From assembly GCA_051918525.1 (NCBI GenBank), contig JBPPZI010000002.1, forward strand, positions 18,205-81,951: a DNA stretch of 63,747 nt, given 5' to 3'. Positions 1-8,759 of this stretch are shown one piece after another; the stretch's first letter is position 1; each line of letters opens with the position of its first letter. The DNA comes from Pseudogracilibacillus sp. (GTDB taxonomy: Bacteria > Bacillota > Bacilli > Bacillales > Amphibacillaceae). The position numbers and the translations under genes are program-made. Below the pieces are notes generated by a model. That model worked only from the letters and a program-made list of their open reading frames with translations, was not told the origin of the DNA and searched no databases.

Positions 1-308
1 TCCTGTAGGAGTCTCCGTGTATTTCCTTCGCTGGGTGTGATTGGTAAACTCTCTACACAATTTGATATTACTATCACCATGGTTGATTGAAGCGGAGGAC
101 AGTTGACTCCTGCGGGAACAGCACGTGTCCGAAGACCCCGCAGCGGTGTTCTTCCGCGAGGCAGGTTAAGTACGCGACGTCCTGTCGCAACACCTGCACT
201 TGCACGTCCTGTACTTCGGAGGCTGAGGCCGTGACCGCGGAAAGCAACTGTCCGCAGCGGAAATCAACGGTTTACAAATTTTCATTACTGCACAGTTTCC
301 TTCAACTA
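1..308. repeat. Dispersed palindromic repeat family A, copy A1 (truncated by window start; carries a 58-nt nested insertion)
   Basis: Shares ggagtctccgtgtatttccttcgctg, gactcctgcggga..agcacgtgtc.gaagac and cggaaagc..cggaaatcaac with copies at 25578, 34523, 44012 and 54142; ends in ttactgcacagtttccttcaacta. Confidence 0.9.
162..219 (+). ncRNA. 58-nt two-hairpin element with GUCCU loops (Bacillaceae-1 RNA motif-like), inserted in repeat A1
   Basis: gcgac-gtcct-gtcgc and gcac-gtcct-gtac hairpins, outer stem gcaggt/acctgc; absent from the otherwise matching copy A4. Confidence 0.7.
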
Positions 309-365
309 TAAATTAATCTGTAAATGTTCGTCTTTATAATTTTTGTTTAAAAAACTCAGCCTCAT

Positions 366-408
366 AAAAAAAGAAACAGTTTGAAGGATTACCTTCAAAT
401 TGTTTCTT
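366..408 (-). terminator. Rho-independent terminator of zinc metallopeptidase gene
   Basis: aagaaacagtttgaagg/ccttcaaattgtttctt stem with A-tract on + strand, adjacent to stop codon. Confidence 0.8.
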
Positions 409-409
409 A

Positions 410-1093
410 TTAATCATTACTATTAGCAAAGATAAGAATGAAACGAATTAATTCTGCTACTGCAACAAGTGCTGCTGCAACATATGTTAGAGCCGCTGCG
501 TCCAATACTTTTTTTGTTCCTCTTTCTTCACTATTTTGAATAATTCCCGTCATTACAAGTTGATCTCTTGCTCGATTCGAAGCATTAAATTCAACTGGTA
601 ATGTCACAAGTTGAAACAGTACAGCAAAAGCCATAAAAATAATTCCAAACAAAACTAGGTTCATCATATCAAAAATAAAACCAATTAAAATGATCCATAT
701 TGCACTACCGGAGCCGAATGATGCGAGCGGCACTAAAGCAGTTCTAAATTTTAAAAATCCATAATCTTCGGCATCTTGGATTGCATGACCAACTTCATGA
801 GCTGCTATAGCTGCAGCAGCTGTTGAATGTCCATGGAAATTACCACTAGATAATCGTACTACTTTTTGTCTAGGATCATAATGATCAGATAAAACTCCTT
901 TTGATTCTTCGATTTGTACGTCATATAAACCGTTTTCGTCCAATATTTTACGTGCAACTTGTGCTCCTGTCATATGAGAAGATGAGGCAATTTGTGAATA
1001 TTTTTTATACGTACTTTTTACTTTCATTTGTGCCCACATAGGTATAATTAGTAATAATGCAAAATAAATTAACGTAGTTCCTAATGACATCAA
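410..1093 (-). CDS. Membrane zinc metallopeptidase (YugP-like neutral zinc peptidase family)
   Basis: LSDHYDP, AAHEVGHA (HExxH), TLPVEFNAS, AAALTYVAA motifs. Confidence 0.9.
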   Translation of the reverse strand: MMSLGTTLIYFALLLIIPMWAQMKVKSTYKKYSQIASSSHMTGAQVARKILDENGLYDVQIEESKGVLSDHYDPRQKVVRLSSGNFHGHSTAAAAIAAHEVGHAIQDAEDYGFLKFRTALVPLASFGSGSAIWIILIGFIFDMMNLVLFGIIFMAFAVLFQLVTLPVEFNASNRARDQLVMTGIIQNSEERGTKKVLDAAALTYVAAALVAVAELIRFILIFANSND

Positions 1094-1162
1094 TTATTCC
1101 TCCAGATCCTAGTTAAATTTAGAATTCCTTATAGTCAATAATAGTCAAATTTCTTAAAGAAG

Positions 1163-1432
1163 TCAATTATTTACGTCTCTTTTTTGTTCATTTTTTTTAT
1201 GTCCTCTGTATTTTCTCCAACTTACATAAGATAATGTAACCATAATTACACCACCAATAAGCATGATCATCCAATAAAAGGGAATAATGCTTGAGATGTA
1301 AACATCTTCTTTGTTCTCCACTTTTGCGTAAGCTTCATTTATTTGAATCAAACTTACGAAAATAATAATGACCCCTATCAAAAATGAGCCAATAAGTATC
1401 GCGAGTTTATTAAAGAACCGAATAGAGATCAC
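1163..1432 (-). CDS. ypjB: Short YpjB-like sporulation membrane protein
   Basis: C-terminal W..IGG..TLSYVSWRKYRG resembles the YpjB C-terminus; lies next to ypjA. Confidence 0.6.
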   Translation of the reverse strand: MISIRFFNKLAILIGSFLIGVIIIFVSLIQINEAYAKVENKEDVYISSIIPFYWMIMLIGGVIMVTLSYVSWRKYRGHKKNEQKRDVNN

Positions 1433-1519
1433 CCCACTTATAAATACTGTTAAAGATGATGTTCAAAAAGTCCGGTAAAAATGACACTGCGAATTTCTTC
1501 GTTGGCTTGCTTCTCCGCT

Positions 1520-1561
1520 CCTTGAAAAAGGAAAGCACTTTTTCTACGTGCAAGAGCGTTT
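1520..1561. repeat. 42-nt structured insertion within repeat C1
   Basis: Absent from copy C2; gaaaaag/ctttttc hairpin, cttg/caag stem, gcac/gtgc possible pseudoknot. Confidence 0.7.
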
Positions 1562-1617
1562 GCTCATGTATCTAAATGCATACATTCCGCTGCTCGAAGC
1601 TTCGCCGCCTCGAACTT

Positions 1618-1675
1618 TCGACGCACAGGACGTGCTAGTGTCGGCGTTGCCACAGGACATGGCGACTTTAGCCGA
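1618..1675 (-). ncRNA. 58-nt two-hairpin element with GUCCU loops (Bacillaceae-1 RNA motif-like), inserted in repeat C1
   Basis: Reverse complement tcggctaaagtcgccatgtcctgtggcaacgccgacactagcacgtcctgtgcgtcga; same length and architecture as 162-219; absent from C2. Confidence 0.7.
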
Positions 1676-1769
1676 CTTGGTCCTTTTTATCCTCCATTTT
1701 GAACACGCACTTAAATTAAATATATGTGGGATAATTTTAATATATGTAAATAAGGAATCTTTCATAAAC

Positions 1770-2354
1770 CTACTTTTGTTTATTTTTAATGGTTAGCTGA
1801 TAAGTTAACATGATTGTAAAAATGGAGAGCCAAAATGTAAAATAACCAATTTCTTTAATATAGTCTGTTAAGGATGAATAAATTGGCATCATTCCAAACA
1901 CGTAATCAATGATTTCATTATGTAGTAGTACAATACCTGCAAGGGTTAAATGTTTTAATTTTATTTTATAATAAGGTACATATAAAAGTCCCTGCAAAGC
2001 CATTGCCCCATGAGATGCAATTAACATGTAGCCTTGCCAGTCTAAAGAGCCATCAACAATCAACGTAAAAATGTTCATGACTACCGCCCAGACACCATAC
2101 TTAAATAATGTAGTTACAGCTAAAGCTTCGATATAAGGTACATTTTTATTAAATATAAAAAAGAGCAAAAATATCGTAAAAAACAAACTTGCGGTTGGAC
2201 TATCTGGTACGAAAGGTAAGAAAATAGTGGGGGTAATTTTTAATTGGCTTTGATACCAAATGTATCCATAAATCGTACCTAATAAATTAATGATAAATAA
2301 TATAATCAAAAATTGTCGGTTTAGGAGTATTTGATTTAATTGCAATAAATTCAC
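1770..2354 (-). CDS. ypjA: DUF1405 membrane protein YpjA (LhaT-like lipoprotein acetylation membrane protein)
   Basis: GTIYGYIWY, FVPDSPTASLFF, KYGVW, SHGAM motifs; downstream of qcrC. Confidence 0.85.
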   Translation of the reverse strand: MNLLQLNQILLNRQFLIILFIINLLGTIYGYIWYQSQLKITPTIFLPFVPDSPTASLFFTIFLLFFIFNKNVPYIEALAVTTLFKYGVWAVVMNIFTLIVDGSLDWQGYMLIASHGAMALQGLLYVPYYKIKLKHLTLAGIVLLHNEIIDYVFGMMPIYSSLTDYIKEIGYFTFWLSIFTIMLTYQLTIKNKQK

Positions 2355-2376
2355 CTCTAATTAGTATTAAGTATAG

Positions 2377-2412
2377 AAAAGCACCTTTACCAATTGTTAG
2401 GCAAAGGTGCTT
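2377..2412 (-). terminator. Terminator after qcrC
   Basis: aagcaccttt/aaaggtgctt stem. Confidence 0.7.
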
Positions 2413-2419
2413 GTACATA

Positions 2420-3205
2420 CTATTCTTCTTCTGCTTCTTCATTAACACTCATTATAAAATCGACAAGCTGCTCTAATTCTTCGTCAGTTCCAGTAAATAT
2501 ATCTGGTGGCATGTCTCCGATACCGTTGACAGCAATTTCCGCTACTTCTTCTGGTCCGTATTCAATTCCGATTAAAGAAGGCCCTGTTGCTCCACCTTCA
2601 AGAGAATCTCCGTGACATCCTAAACAGCTGTTTTCATAGACAGCATATCCTGGATGATCGACATCAATTTCTGTCATCTCGTCTGGGTGTATTGGTTGGT
2701 TATCTGCAGCAATCTGTTTCCAATCAACAGGAGCTGCTGACTCATATGTTAACCAGAAAACAGAAACTAAAGCAAGAATCATTATTCCAACAGCAATAGG
2801 ACGTTTAGGTGGTCTTCTACCAGGTCCATTATCAAGGAATGGAGCGAGTAGTAAGGCACCAAAAGCTAGTCCAGGCAAGACGAGTATTCCAAATAAAATA
2901 TATGGTCCACTCGCAAAGTCATATTTTAGTAATTCATATAAGAATAAGAAATACCAGTCTGGTAACGGTATATAAGCAGCATCTGTAGGATCGGCAACTC
3001 CCTGTAAAGGAGGAGGAGCCGCTATTGTTGCACATAAAAATCCGATTAAGAAGACAGATCCCACAAGCCATTCTTTCAGTAAGAAGTTAGGCCAGAATGC
3101 TTCTGTACGTCCAGGATATTCCGAATAATCTTTAGGTACTGTTGACGTTTTATCTGCGGAAATTCGAGAATCTCCGACAAAACGCATTCCTTTACCTCTT
3201 TTCAT
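2420..3205 (-). CDS. qcrC: Menaquinol-cytochrome c reductase cytochrome b/c subunit
   Basis: PLPDWYFLF motif, CLGCH heme-c site, operon position. Confidence 0.95.
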   Translation of the reverse strand: MKRGKGMRFVGDSRISADKTSTVPKDYSEYPGRTEAFWPNFLLKEWLVGSVFLIGFLCATIAAPPPLQGVADPTDAAYIPLPDWYFLFLYELLKYDFASGPYILFGILVLPGLAFGALLLAPFLDNGPGRRPPKRPIAVGIMILALVSVFWLTYESAAPVDWKQIAADNQPIHPDEMTEIDVDHPGYAVYENSCLGCHGDSLEGGATGPSLIGIEYGPEEVAEIAVNGIGDMPPDIFTGTDEELEQLVDFIMSVNEEAEEE

Positions 3206-3219
3206 AGCTTTCCCTCCTT

Positions 3220-3894
3220 TTATAGTGGTCCAGCAATACCTTGCCTACGTATTAAAATAAAATGTACTGCAAGCAGTGCAAATAATGCAGCTGGTAAGAA
3301 AAATACGTGAATTGCAAAGAATCTCGTTAATGTCTGTGCACCAACGATCGTTGGGTCACCTGATAATAACGTTTTTAACTCAGTACCGATAAACGGAACT
3401 TGTTCTGCAATTTCAAGACCTACCTGTGTAGCAAAATATGCTTTGTTATCCCACGGTAGTAAATAACCAGTGAATCCAAGTGCTAGCATGACAAAGAAGA
3501 TTAACACTCCAACCATCCAGTTTAATTCACGTGGCTTTTTGTATGCTCCTTGGAAAAATACACGCATCGTATGTAAAAGTAACATGACAATAACTACACT
3601 TGCACCCCAATGGTGCATCCCACGAACAATTTGTCCATGTGCTACCTGACTTTGTAAGTAATAAACTGACTTCCATGCATTCTCAATATCAGGAACATAA
3701 TACATCGTTAAGAACATTCCTGATAAGACTTGTATAACAACGACGAAGAATGTTAAACCACCAAAGCAATAAACGAACGCTGAGAAGTGATATGCAGGGT
3801 TAACATGTTCAGGTACTTCATGATCAGCAATATCACGCCAAATTGGTGCAACATCTACTCGTTCATCAATCCAATCATATAATTTTTGGATCAT
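3220..3894 (-). CDS. qcrB: Menaquinol-cytochrome c reductase cytochrome b subunit
   Basis: RGMHHWGAS, GYLLPWD, RFFAIHVF motifs. Confidence 0.97.
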   Translation of the reverse strand: MIQKLYDWIDERVDVAPIWRDIADHEVPEHVNPAYHFSAFVYCFGGLTFFVVVIQVLSGMFLTMYYVPDIENAWKSVYYLQSQVAHGQIVRGMHHWGASVVIVMLLLHTMRVFFQGAYKKPRELNWMVGVLIFFVMLALGFTGYLLPWDNKAYFATQVGLEIAEQVPFIGTELKTLLSGDPTIVGAQTLTRFFAIHVFFLPAALFALLAVHFILIRRQGIAGPL

Positions 3895-3900
3895 TACGTA

Positions 3901-4416
3901 TTATGCCTCCCCTCTTGGTTTTGGTTCGCCAAGGTACAACATTCCGTTTTCAACCTTATGTTCGTATACGTCTAATGGCGCTGTTGGTGGTGTACCCGGT
4001 ACGTTTACACCATCTTTATAGTAGCGACCATTATGACATGGACAGAAAAACTCATTTGGATAATCTTCACTGCCTTCCCAAGAAACGAAACAACCTAAAT
4101 GTTTACATACTGGGGAAAATGCTTGAATATCACCATTTTCATCTTTGAATACCCATGCTGTACGGTTAATGTTTGATGTATACCATCCATCAACTTGTTC
4201 GACTTCCCAGTCAACACGCTTTGGCTCATCTGTAAGATCATCAACAGAAATCTTAACATTAACTAACTCTCCCGCCTCTCCTGCACTTTGAAGTACTGGA
4301 TCAACAGCAAATCGCAACATAGGTACAAGCATACCAGCAGCCATAAAACCACCTAATCCAGTTAAGGAGTAGTTCAAGAATTGTCTACGGGATACTTGTT
4401 GTTTTTTGTCACTCAT
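3901..4416 (-). CDS. qcrA: Menaquinol-cytochrome c reductase Rieske iron-sulfur subunit
   Basis: Tat signal SRRQFL, CKHLGC and FFCPCH. Confidence 0.97.
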   Translation of the reverse strand: MSDKKQQVSRRQFLNYSLTGLGGFMAAGMLVPMLRFAVDPVLQSAGEAGELVNVKISVDDLTDEPKRVDWEVEQVDGWYTSNINRTAWVFKDENGDIQAFSPVCKHLGCFVSWEGSEDYPNEFFCPCHNGRYYKDGVNVPGTPPTAPLDVYEHKVENGMLYLGEPKPRGEA

Positions 4417-4561
4417 GGTTTTCCCCCCTCTTACACGTTTTCACGGACAATTTTAAATTTATTACTAGGACAATTCAATAATAGCTTAAAGTTAGGACAT
4501 GGTCAATTATTAATACATTTTGTAACAAATATTTTGGTTTTTACAGAATATTAACTAGTGT

Positions 4562-5020
4562 TTACCAATAAGATCGAATTAACTCACTTATTTGTTCAAC
4601 TTGACTGCGAATAAGTTTCACAGCATCTTCTGAATTTATATTTCCAGGTTTCATACCAGGAAGCCAAAGTAAATTGCAATCTAAATTTTTTTCAACTTTT
4701 TTCCAAGCGTTATCGAAAGTTATTACAAATATAGATGTAAATGGTTGTGTTTTTACATCTTCAATCCAACTATTTATACGGTTTACCTCATGATCAAGGT
4801 TTGAAGATTTCAAATAAGCGTATGTTGGAGCAAGTAAAACTCTGCCACTTAATTCTTTTTCAATCTCATTCGTGTAAATACTTAGTACTTCACGATGAAA
4901 AGCATCATTTTCCAAACTTGTCTCTTGTGATAAATGAAAAGCCTCTAAAGGAATAATTAATGTATCAACATATTCCTTTGCTTGTACATATTTTTTTAAA
5001 TCCTCACTTAGCCACTTCAC
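4562..5020 (-). CDS. ypiF: YpiF/DUF2487 family protein
   Basis: MKW..D...Y.QAKEYVDT N-terminus; synteny upstream of qcrA. Confidence 0.85.
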   Translation of the reverse strand: MKWLSEDLKKYVQAKEYVDTLIIPLEAFHLSQETSLENDAFHREVLSIYTNEIEKELSGRVLLAPTYAYLKSSNLDHEVNRINSWIEDVKTQPFTSIFVITFDNAWKKVEKNLDCNLLWLPGMKPGNINSEDAVKLIRSQVEQISELIRSYW

Positions 5021-5057
5021 AACATTAATTCCTTTCCCATTTAGTAGTATTTTAAAC

Positions 5058-5597
5058 TTAAAAATTATTATCCATATTTTTATAAAAATCTTTCAACTTA
5101 CTTGAATAATGGAAGAATTTATTAATATCTTTATGATCTAAAGCTTTATTAATTTCTTGATGCAAATATTTTTCTTTCCCTTTAACTAATAATTCGTTTA
5201 ATAAGCTTTCCGTATATTGCTTATCCATCTCTAATTGTAATAACTCTTCCTCTATGACAGCTTTGTATAAAGGATGTGAATTTTTTTCGGGAAAATCAAT
5301 TTGAATATAGAAAGCTTCCTCATGATATAAGTGTAATTCATGGTAAGCTGTATACACATCATTTGTACGAACATTTCCTTTGAAAAATAAAAAGTTACGA
5401 TCTTCTTCCAGAGTTGAAATGATTATCCCTTTAGGACAATGTTTTATATCATGAACAAAATGTAAGTTTTGTAAAGCTCGTTCATCTACTACTAGATCTT
5501 CAAGGAACCAGTTAATTTCTTGCACTTTAACGTTATAGTGAGAAATAAACCATTGTAAAAAGTGTTTTTTTGATTGAATGGATATCGGAGCAGACAT
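5058..5597 (-). CDS. ypiB: YpiB (ReoY-like, C-terminal IDEAL domain) protein
   Basis: KKHFLQWF..HY, LHFV, EINKALD; lies between ypiA and ypiF. Confidence 0.75.
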   Translation of the reverse strand: MSAPISIQSKKHFLQWFISHYNVKVQEINWFLEDLVVDERALQNLHFVHDIKHCPKGIIISTLEEDRNFLFFKGNVRTNDVYTAYHELHLYHEEAFYIQIDFPEKNSHPLYKAVIEEELLQLEMDKQYTESLLNELLVKGKEKYLHQEINKALDHKDINKFFHYSSKLKDFYKNMDNNF

Positions 5598-5642
5598 TGT
5601 ATAAATTTCAACCCCTTTCTACAGAATTAATCGTAACATATT

Positions 5643-6905
5643 TTACTCATTAATTGAAAATTTTAATCGCTCTAAAAAGGATGATGTTTCCTCATCGAAA
5701 GGCTCAAGGCTAGTATACTTTTCTAACACCTTAATTGCGTTTTCATGTAGTCCTTCTTCTGTTAGAAAATAGCCGTATTCTTTCATAAATTCTTTGTCAT
5801 CTGATAAGTAAGTACTTGCCTCTTCGTATGATTTCAGTGCTTCTTTATATAGTTCTTCTTCAGTATAAGCTCTAGCCAGTTCCCATTCATATATTGGATC
5901 ACTTGCTCCAGCATTTTTACAGCTAGTAATAAGGTCGATTATATCAGTGAATTGATTTCTGTCTTTATACAGCTGAATTAGTAAAAGGATTGCTTCCTGG
6001 TAATCAATATCCAAAGAAATAGCTTCTTTTAAGAAATTTATAGCTTCTTGTTGATCGTTTAAAGATAAAGTAAGTTGTGCAGCCAAATAATAGAGTTCTT
6101 TATTAAATTCGTCATATTTAAGACCTTCTTGAACAATAGCATAAGCTTCTTTCAGTTGCCCTTCTTCCTTCATTGCTAAAGCCAGTTCTGGATATACCGA
6201 ATGATAGTGAGGGTCGATTTCAAGTAATTGTTTCCAAACATTGATAGCAATGTCATTTCTTTTTTGCTGAAAAGCCGTAAAACCATATTTAAACAATGTA
6301 TCTGGGTCTTTACTTTTCGATTTTTCATAGTATGCCAATGCTTGTTCATAGTGGCCAATTAATGCATGACATTCGGCTAAACGTTCATTTAAAAATATAC
6401 CATTTATATCTTTTATTTCTCCTTCAACTCTTTCATAAAAAGGAATTGCTCGACTGTACTGTCCAATGGAAAATAGGAGTTCACCAAGTGCAAAATCAAT
6501 TACTTTTTCATTTGGAGCTAATTGCTTAGCTTCGAGTAGTTTTTGTTCCGAAACTTCAAATAGCCCTTGTGCTTGATATAAATCTGCTAGTTGAAGCAAT
6601 GAATTCACATAATAGACATCTTGTTTATCAATTTGATTCAATAATTCAATAGCTAATTCATCTTTTTCTAGTTCAATATACATCTCCACAAGTTTTGTAA
6701 TGATCTCTCCTTCTTCAGGGTAATCGCTTAGTAATTCTTCAAGAACTACAACTGCTTCCTCAAAGAAACCCCATTCGTAATACAACTCAGAGATCATAAA
6801 CTTCTCATCATCTGAGGCGGTGGGGAGATATTCCTTTAATAATTTTAATGCCTCGTCCACTTTGCCTTTTTCCATGAACTGCACGGCTTTTTCGATAGAA
6901 ACCAT
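5643..6905 (-). CDS. ypiA: Tetratricopeptide repeat protein YpiA
   Basis: Multiple TPRs, LADLYQAQGLFEVSEQKL; synteny. Confidence 0.9.
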   Translation of the reverse strand: MVSIEKAVQFMEKGKVDEALKLLKEYLPTASDDEKFMISELYYEWGFFEEAVVVLEELLSDYPEEGEIITKLVEMYIELEKDELAIELLNQIDKQDVYYVNSLLQLADLYQAQGLFEVSEQKLLEAKQLAPNEKVIDFALGELLFSIGQYSRAIPFYERVEGEIKDINGIFLNERLAECHALIGHYEQALAYYEKSKSKDPDTLFKYGFTAFQQKRNDIAINVWKQLLEIDPHYHSVYPELALAMKEEGQLKEAYAIVQEGLKYDEFNKELYYLAAQLTLSLNDQQEAINFLKEAISLDIDYQEAILLLIQLYKDRNQFTDIIDLITSCKNAGASDPIYEWELARAYTEEELYKEALKSYEEASTYLSDDKEFMKEYGYFLTEEGLHENAIKVLEKYTSLEPFDEETSSFLERLKFSINE

Positions 6906-7088
6906 TCGTACATACTCCTTTTTAAAAATTGGTAAAATTAAAGCGCATTACAGGCTAAACTTAACATTCCTGTTACCACATCTGAACTCTAAAAGTTTAG
7001 AACAGCAGTGACTGATGACTCTTGCAACGCCACATCTCAAGATTGAACCATCGACACTAGTATGTCCCGTAAATTAGAAGGGCTAGAT

Positions 7089-7403
7089 TAGAAAACTTGG
7101 CATTCGTTAAAGAAAACATGCCCTGATCACTAGGGGTATGCCGACGGTTAGGCAGAGAGCCTGTTCTTAGTCGGCCTTCCTAGCGAAAGACAGAGGTGAT
7201 GTTGCGCTTATGCTCTTGAGTGAAAGCCTTTAATAGCGAATGCCTTAGTTGCACTTACGAGTGACTGACGTGCCGACAAATCTTTACGGTGGGACGAACG
7301 AAAGAGCAAATGCCCTTCGATGGGACGAGTAAGCGCAGTCCCAGTCCTAGGACGCCTGAGATTTTAGCCAGTGAGCAGTAGGAAGGTTTTTCCTATCTGC
7401 CAA
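7089..7403 (+). repeat. Dispersed repeat family B, copy B1 (long form)
   Basis: tagaaaacttggc ... gttgcacttacg ... ttttagccagtgagc ... tatctgccaa; near-identical to 18507-18834. Confidence 0.9.
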
Positions 7404-7404
7404 T

Positions 7405-7434
7405 GAAAAATAGAATCTACACATGCAGATTCTA
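7405..7434 (-). terminator. Terminator after aroA
   Basis: tagaatct/agattcta stem overlapping the stop codon, followed on the minus strand by a T-tract. Confidence 0.65.
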
Positions 7435-8727
7435 TTCATTCGTTATATTTTTTAAGTCTTCAAAGAATCGTGGATACGAAACAGCTATTGAAGAGGTATC
7501 ATCTAATGTTACAATATCTTCCGTAATTAATGAAGCAATAATTCCCATCATGGCGATTCGATGATCACTATAACTTTTTATTTTCCCGCCAGATAACGCT
7601 GTTTTACCATGGATAATCATCCCATCTTTTTGCTCTTCAATGTTTGCCCCTAATGTTGAAAGCACATCTATTACTGCGTTAATTCGATCTGTTTCCTTTA
7701 CTCTTAATTCCTCGGCATCTTTAATGATAGTAGTTCCATCTGCTTGAGTAGCGAGTAAAGCAATAATTGGGATTTCATCGATAAGTCTTGGAATAAGTTC
7801 AGAGGCAATCGTGGTACCTTTTAACTGACTATAGGTTACTGTTACATCACCTAATAGTTCGCCACTTATTTCCCTTTGATTCGTAATTTTAATATTAGCA
7901 TTCATATCTAATAAAACATCTAAAATACCTGAACGAGTAATATTTAATCCAACATTCTTTAACGTAATACGGCTATTTGGCACGATGGCTGCAGCAACCA
8001 TAAAAAATGCAGCTGAAGAAATATCTCCAGGGACAGTAACGTTACAAGCTATTAAATTATTTTTATTCGTCACCTTTATTACATTTTCATTTACCCGAAT
8101 ATCCGCACCAAAAGCACGTAACATATTTTCTGTATGATCCCGCGTTTTTGCTTTTTCAATAACTGTTGTTTCACCTTCCGCAAATAAGCCAGCCAATAGT
8201 ACAGCCGATTTTACTTGAGCACTTTTAACGGGAAGTTTATATTCAATCCCCGTTAATGTAGTTCCACGAATAGATAGTGGTAGGAAATTGCCGTTTTTTC
8301 TCCCATCAATTTGTGCTCCCATTTGTTTAAGTGGTGTAGCAACTCGGTCCATTGGACGAACGGTTAAAAAAGGGTCTCCATACATAACCGTATAAAAAGG
8401 AAGTGCTGCTAATATTCCGAGCATTAGCCGGGCAGTAGTACCAGAGTTTCCCAAATATAAAGGGGAAAGAGGTTCTTGAAACGATTGGTAACCTTCACTA
8501 TTTATTTCTACCGATGACCCAGACCTTTCAATCGATACACCTAACTTACGAAAAATTTCGATGGTATGTAGGCAATCTTCTCCATCTAAAAAATTATCAA
8601 TTACTGTTTTCCCTTTAGCAAGCGACCCAAACATTACTGCACGATGGGAAATTGATTTATCTCCAGGCACGTAAATATCACCATGTAAGCCTTGTTTTAC
8701 CGGTAAGAAGGATGTATTTTTTTTCAA
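7432..8727 (-). CDS. aroA: 3-phosphoshikimate 1-carboxyvinyltransferase (EPSP synthase)
   Basis: PGDKSISHRA, LGNSGTT, SAQVKSA, RVKETDR, DHRIAM. Confidence 0.97.
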   Translation of the reverse strand: MKKNTSFLPVKQGLHGDIYVPGDKSISHRAVMFGSLAKGKTVIDNFLDGEDCLHTIEIFRKLGVSIERSGSSVEINSEGYQSFQEPLSPLYLGNSGTTARLMLGILAALPFYTVMYGDPFLTVRPMDRVATPLKQMGAQIDGRKNGNFLPLSIRGTTLTGIEYKLPVKSAQVKSAVLLAGLFAEGETTVIEKAKTRDHTENMLRAFGADIRVNENVIKVTNKNNLIACNVTVPGDISSAAFFMVAAAIVPNSRITLKNVGLNITRSGILDVLLDMNANIKITNQREISGELLGDVTVTYSQLKGTTIASELIPRLIDEIPIIALLATQADGTTIIKDAEELRVKETDRINAVIDVLSTLGANIEEQKDGMIIHGKTALSGGKIKSYSDHRIAMMGIIASLITEDIVTLDDTSSIAVSYPRFFEDLKNITNE

Positions 8728-8759
8728 ATAAAACAGTCCTTTCTAACATAAAAAATCAC

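Larger units (their letters stand above)
1455..1710 (+). mobile_element. MITE-like repeat family C, copy C1 (two nested insertions)
   Basis: Terminal inverted repeats tgttcaaaa/ttttgaaca, flanking ttaaa direct repeats; matches the reverse complement of 15002-15158 apart from insertions at 1520-1561 and 1618-1675. Confidence 0.8.

Noticed and set aside
7089-7403. Repeat families as CRISPR arrays
   Set aside because: No regularly spaced identical repeats with unique spacers, and no cas genes
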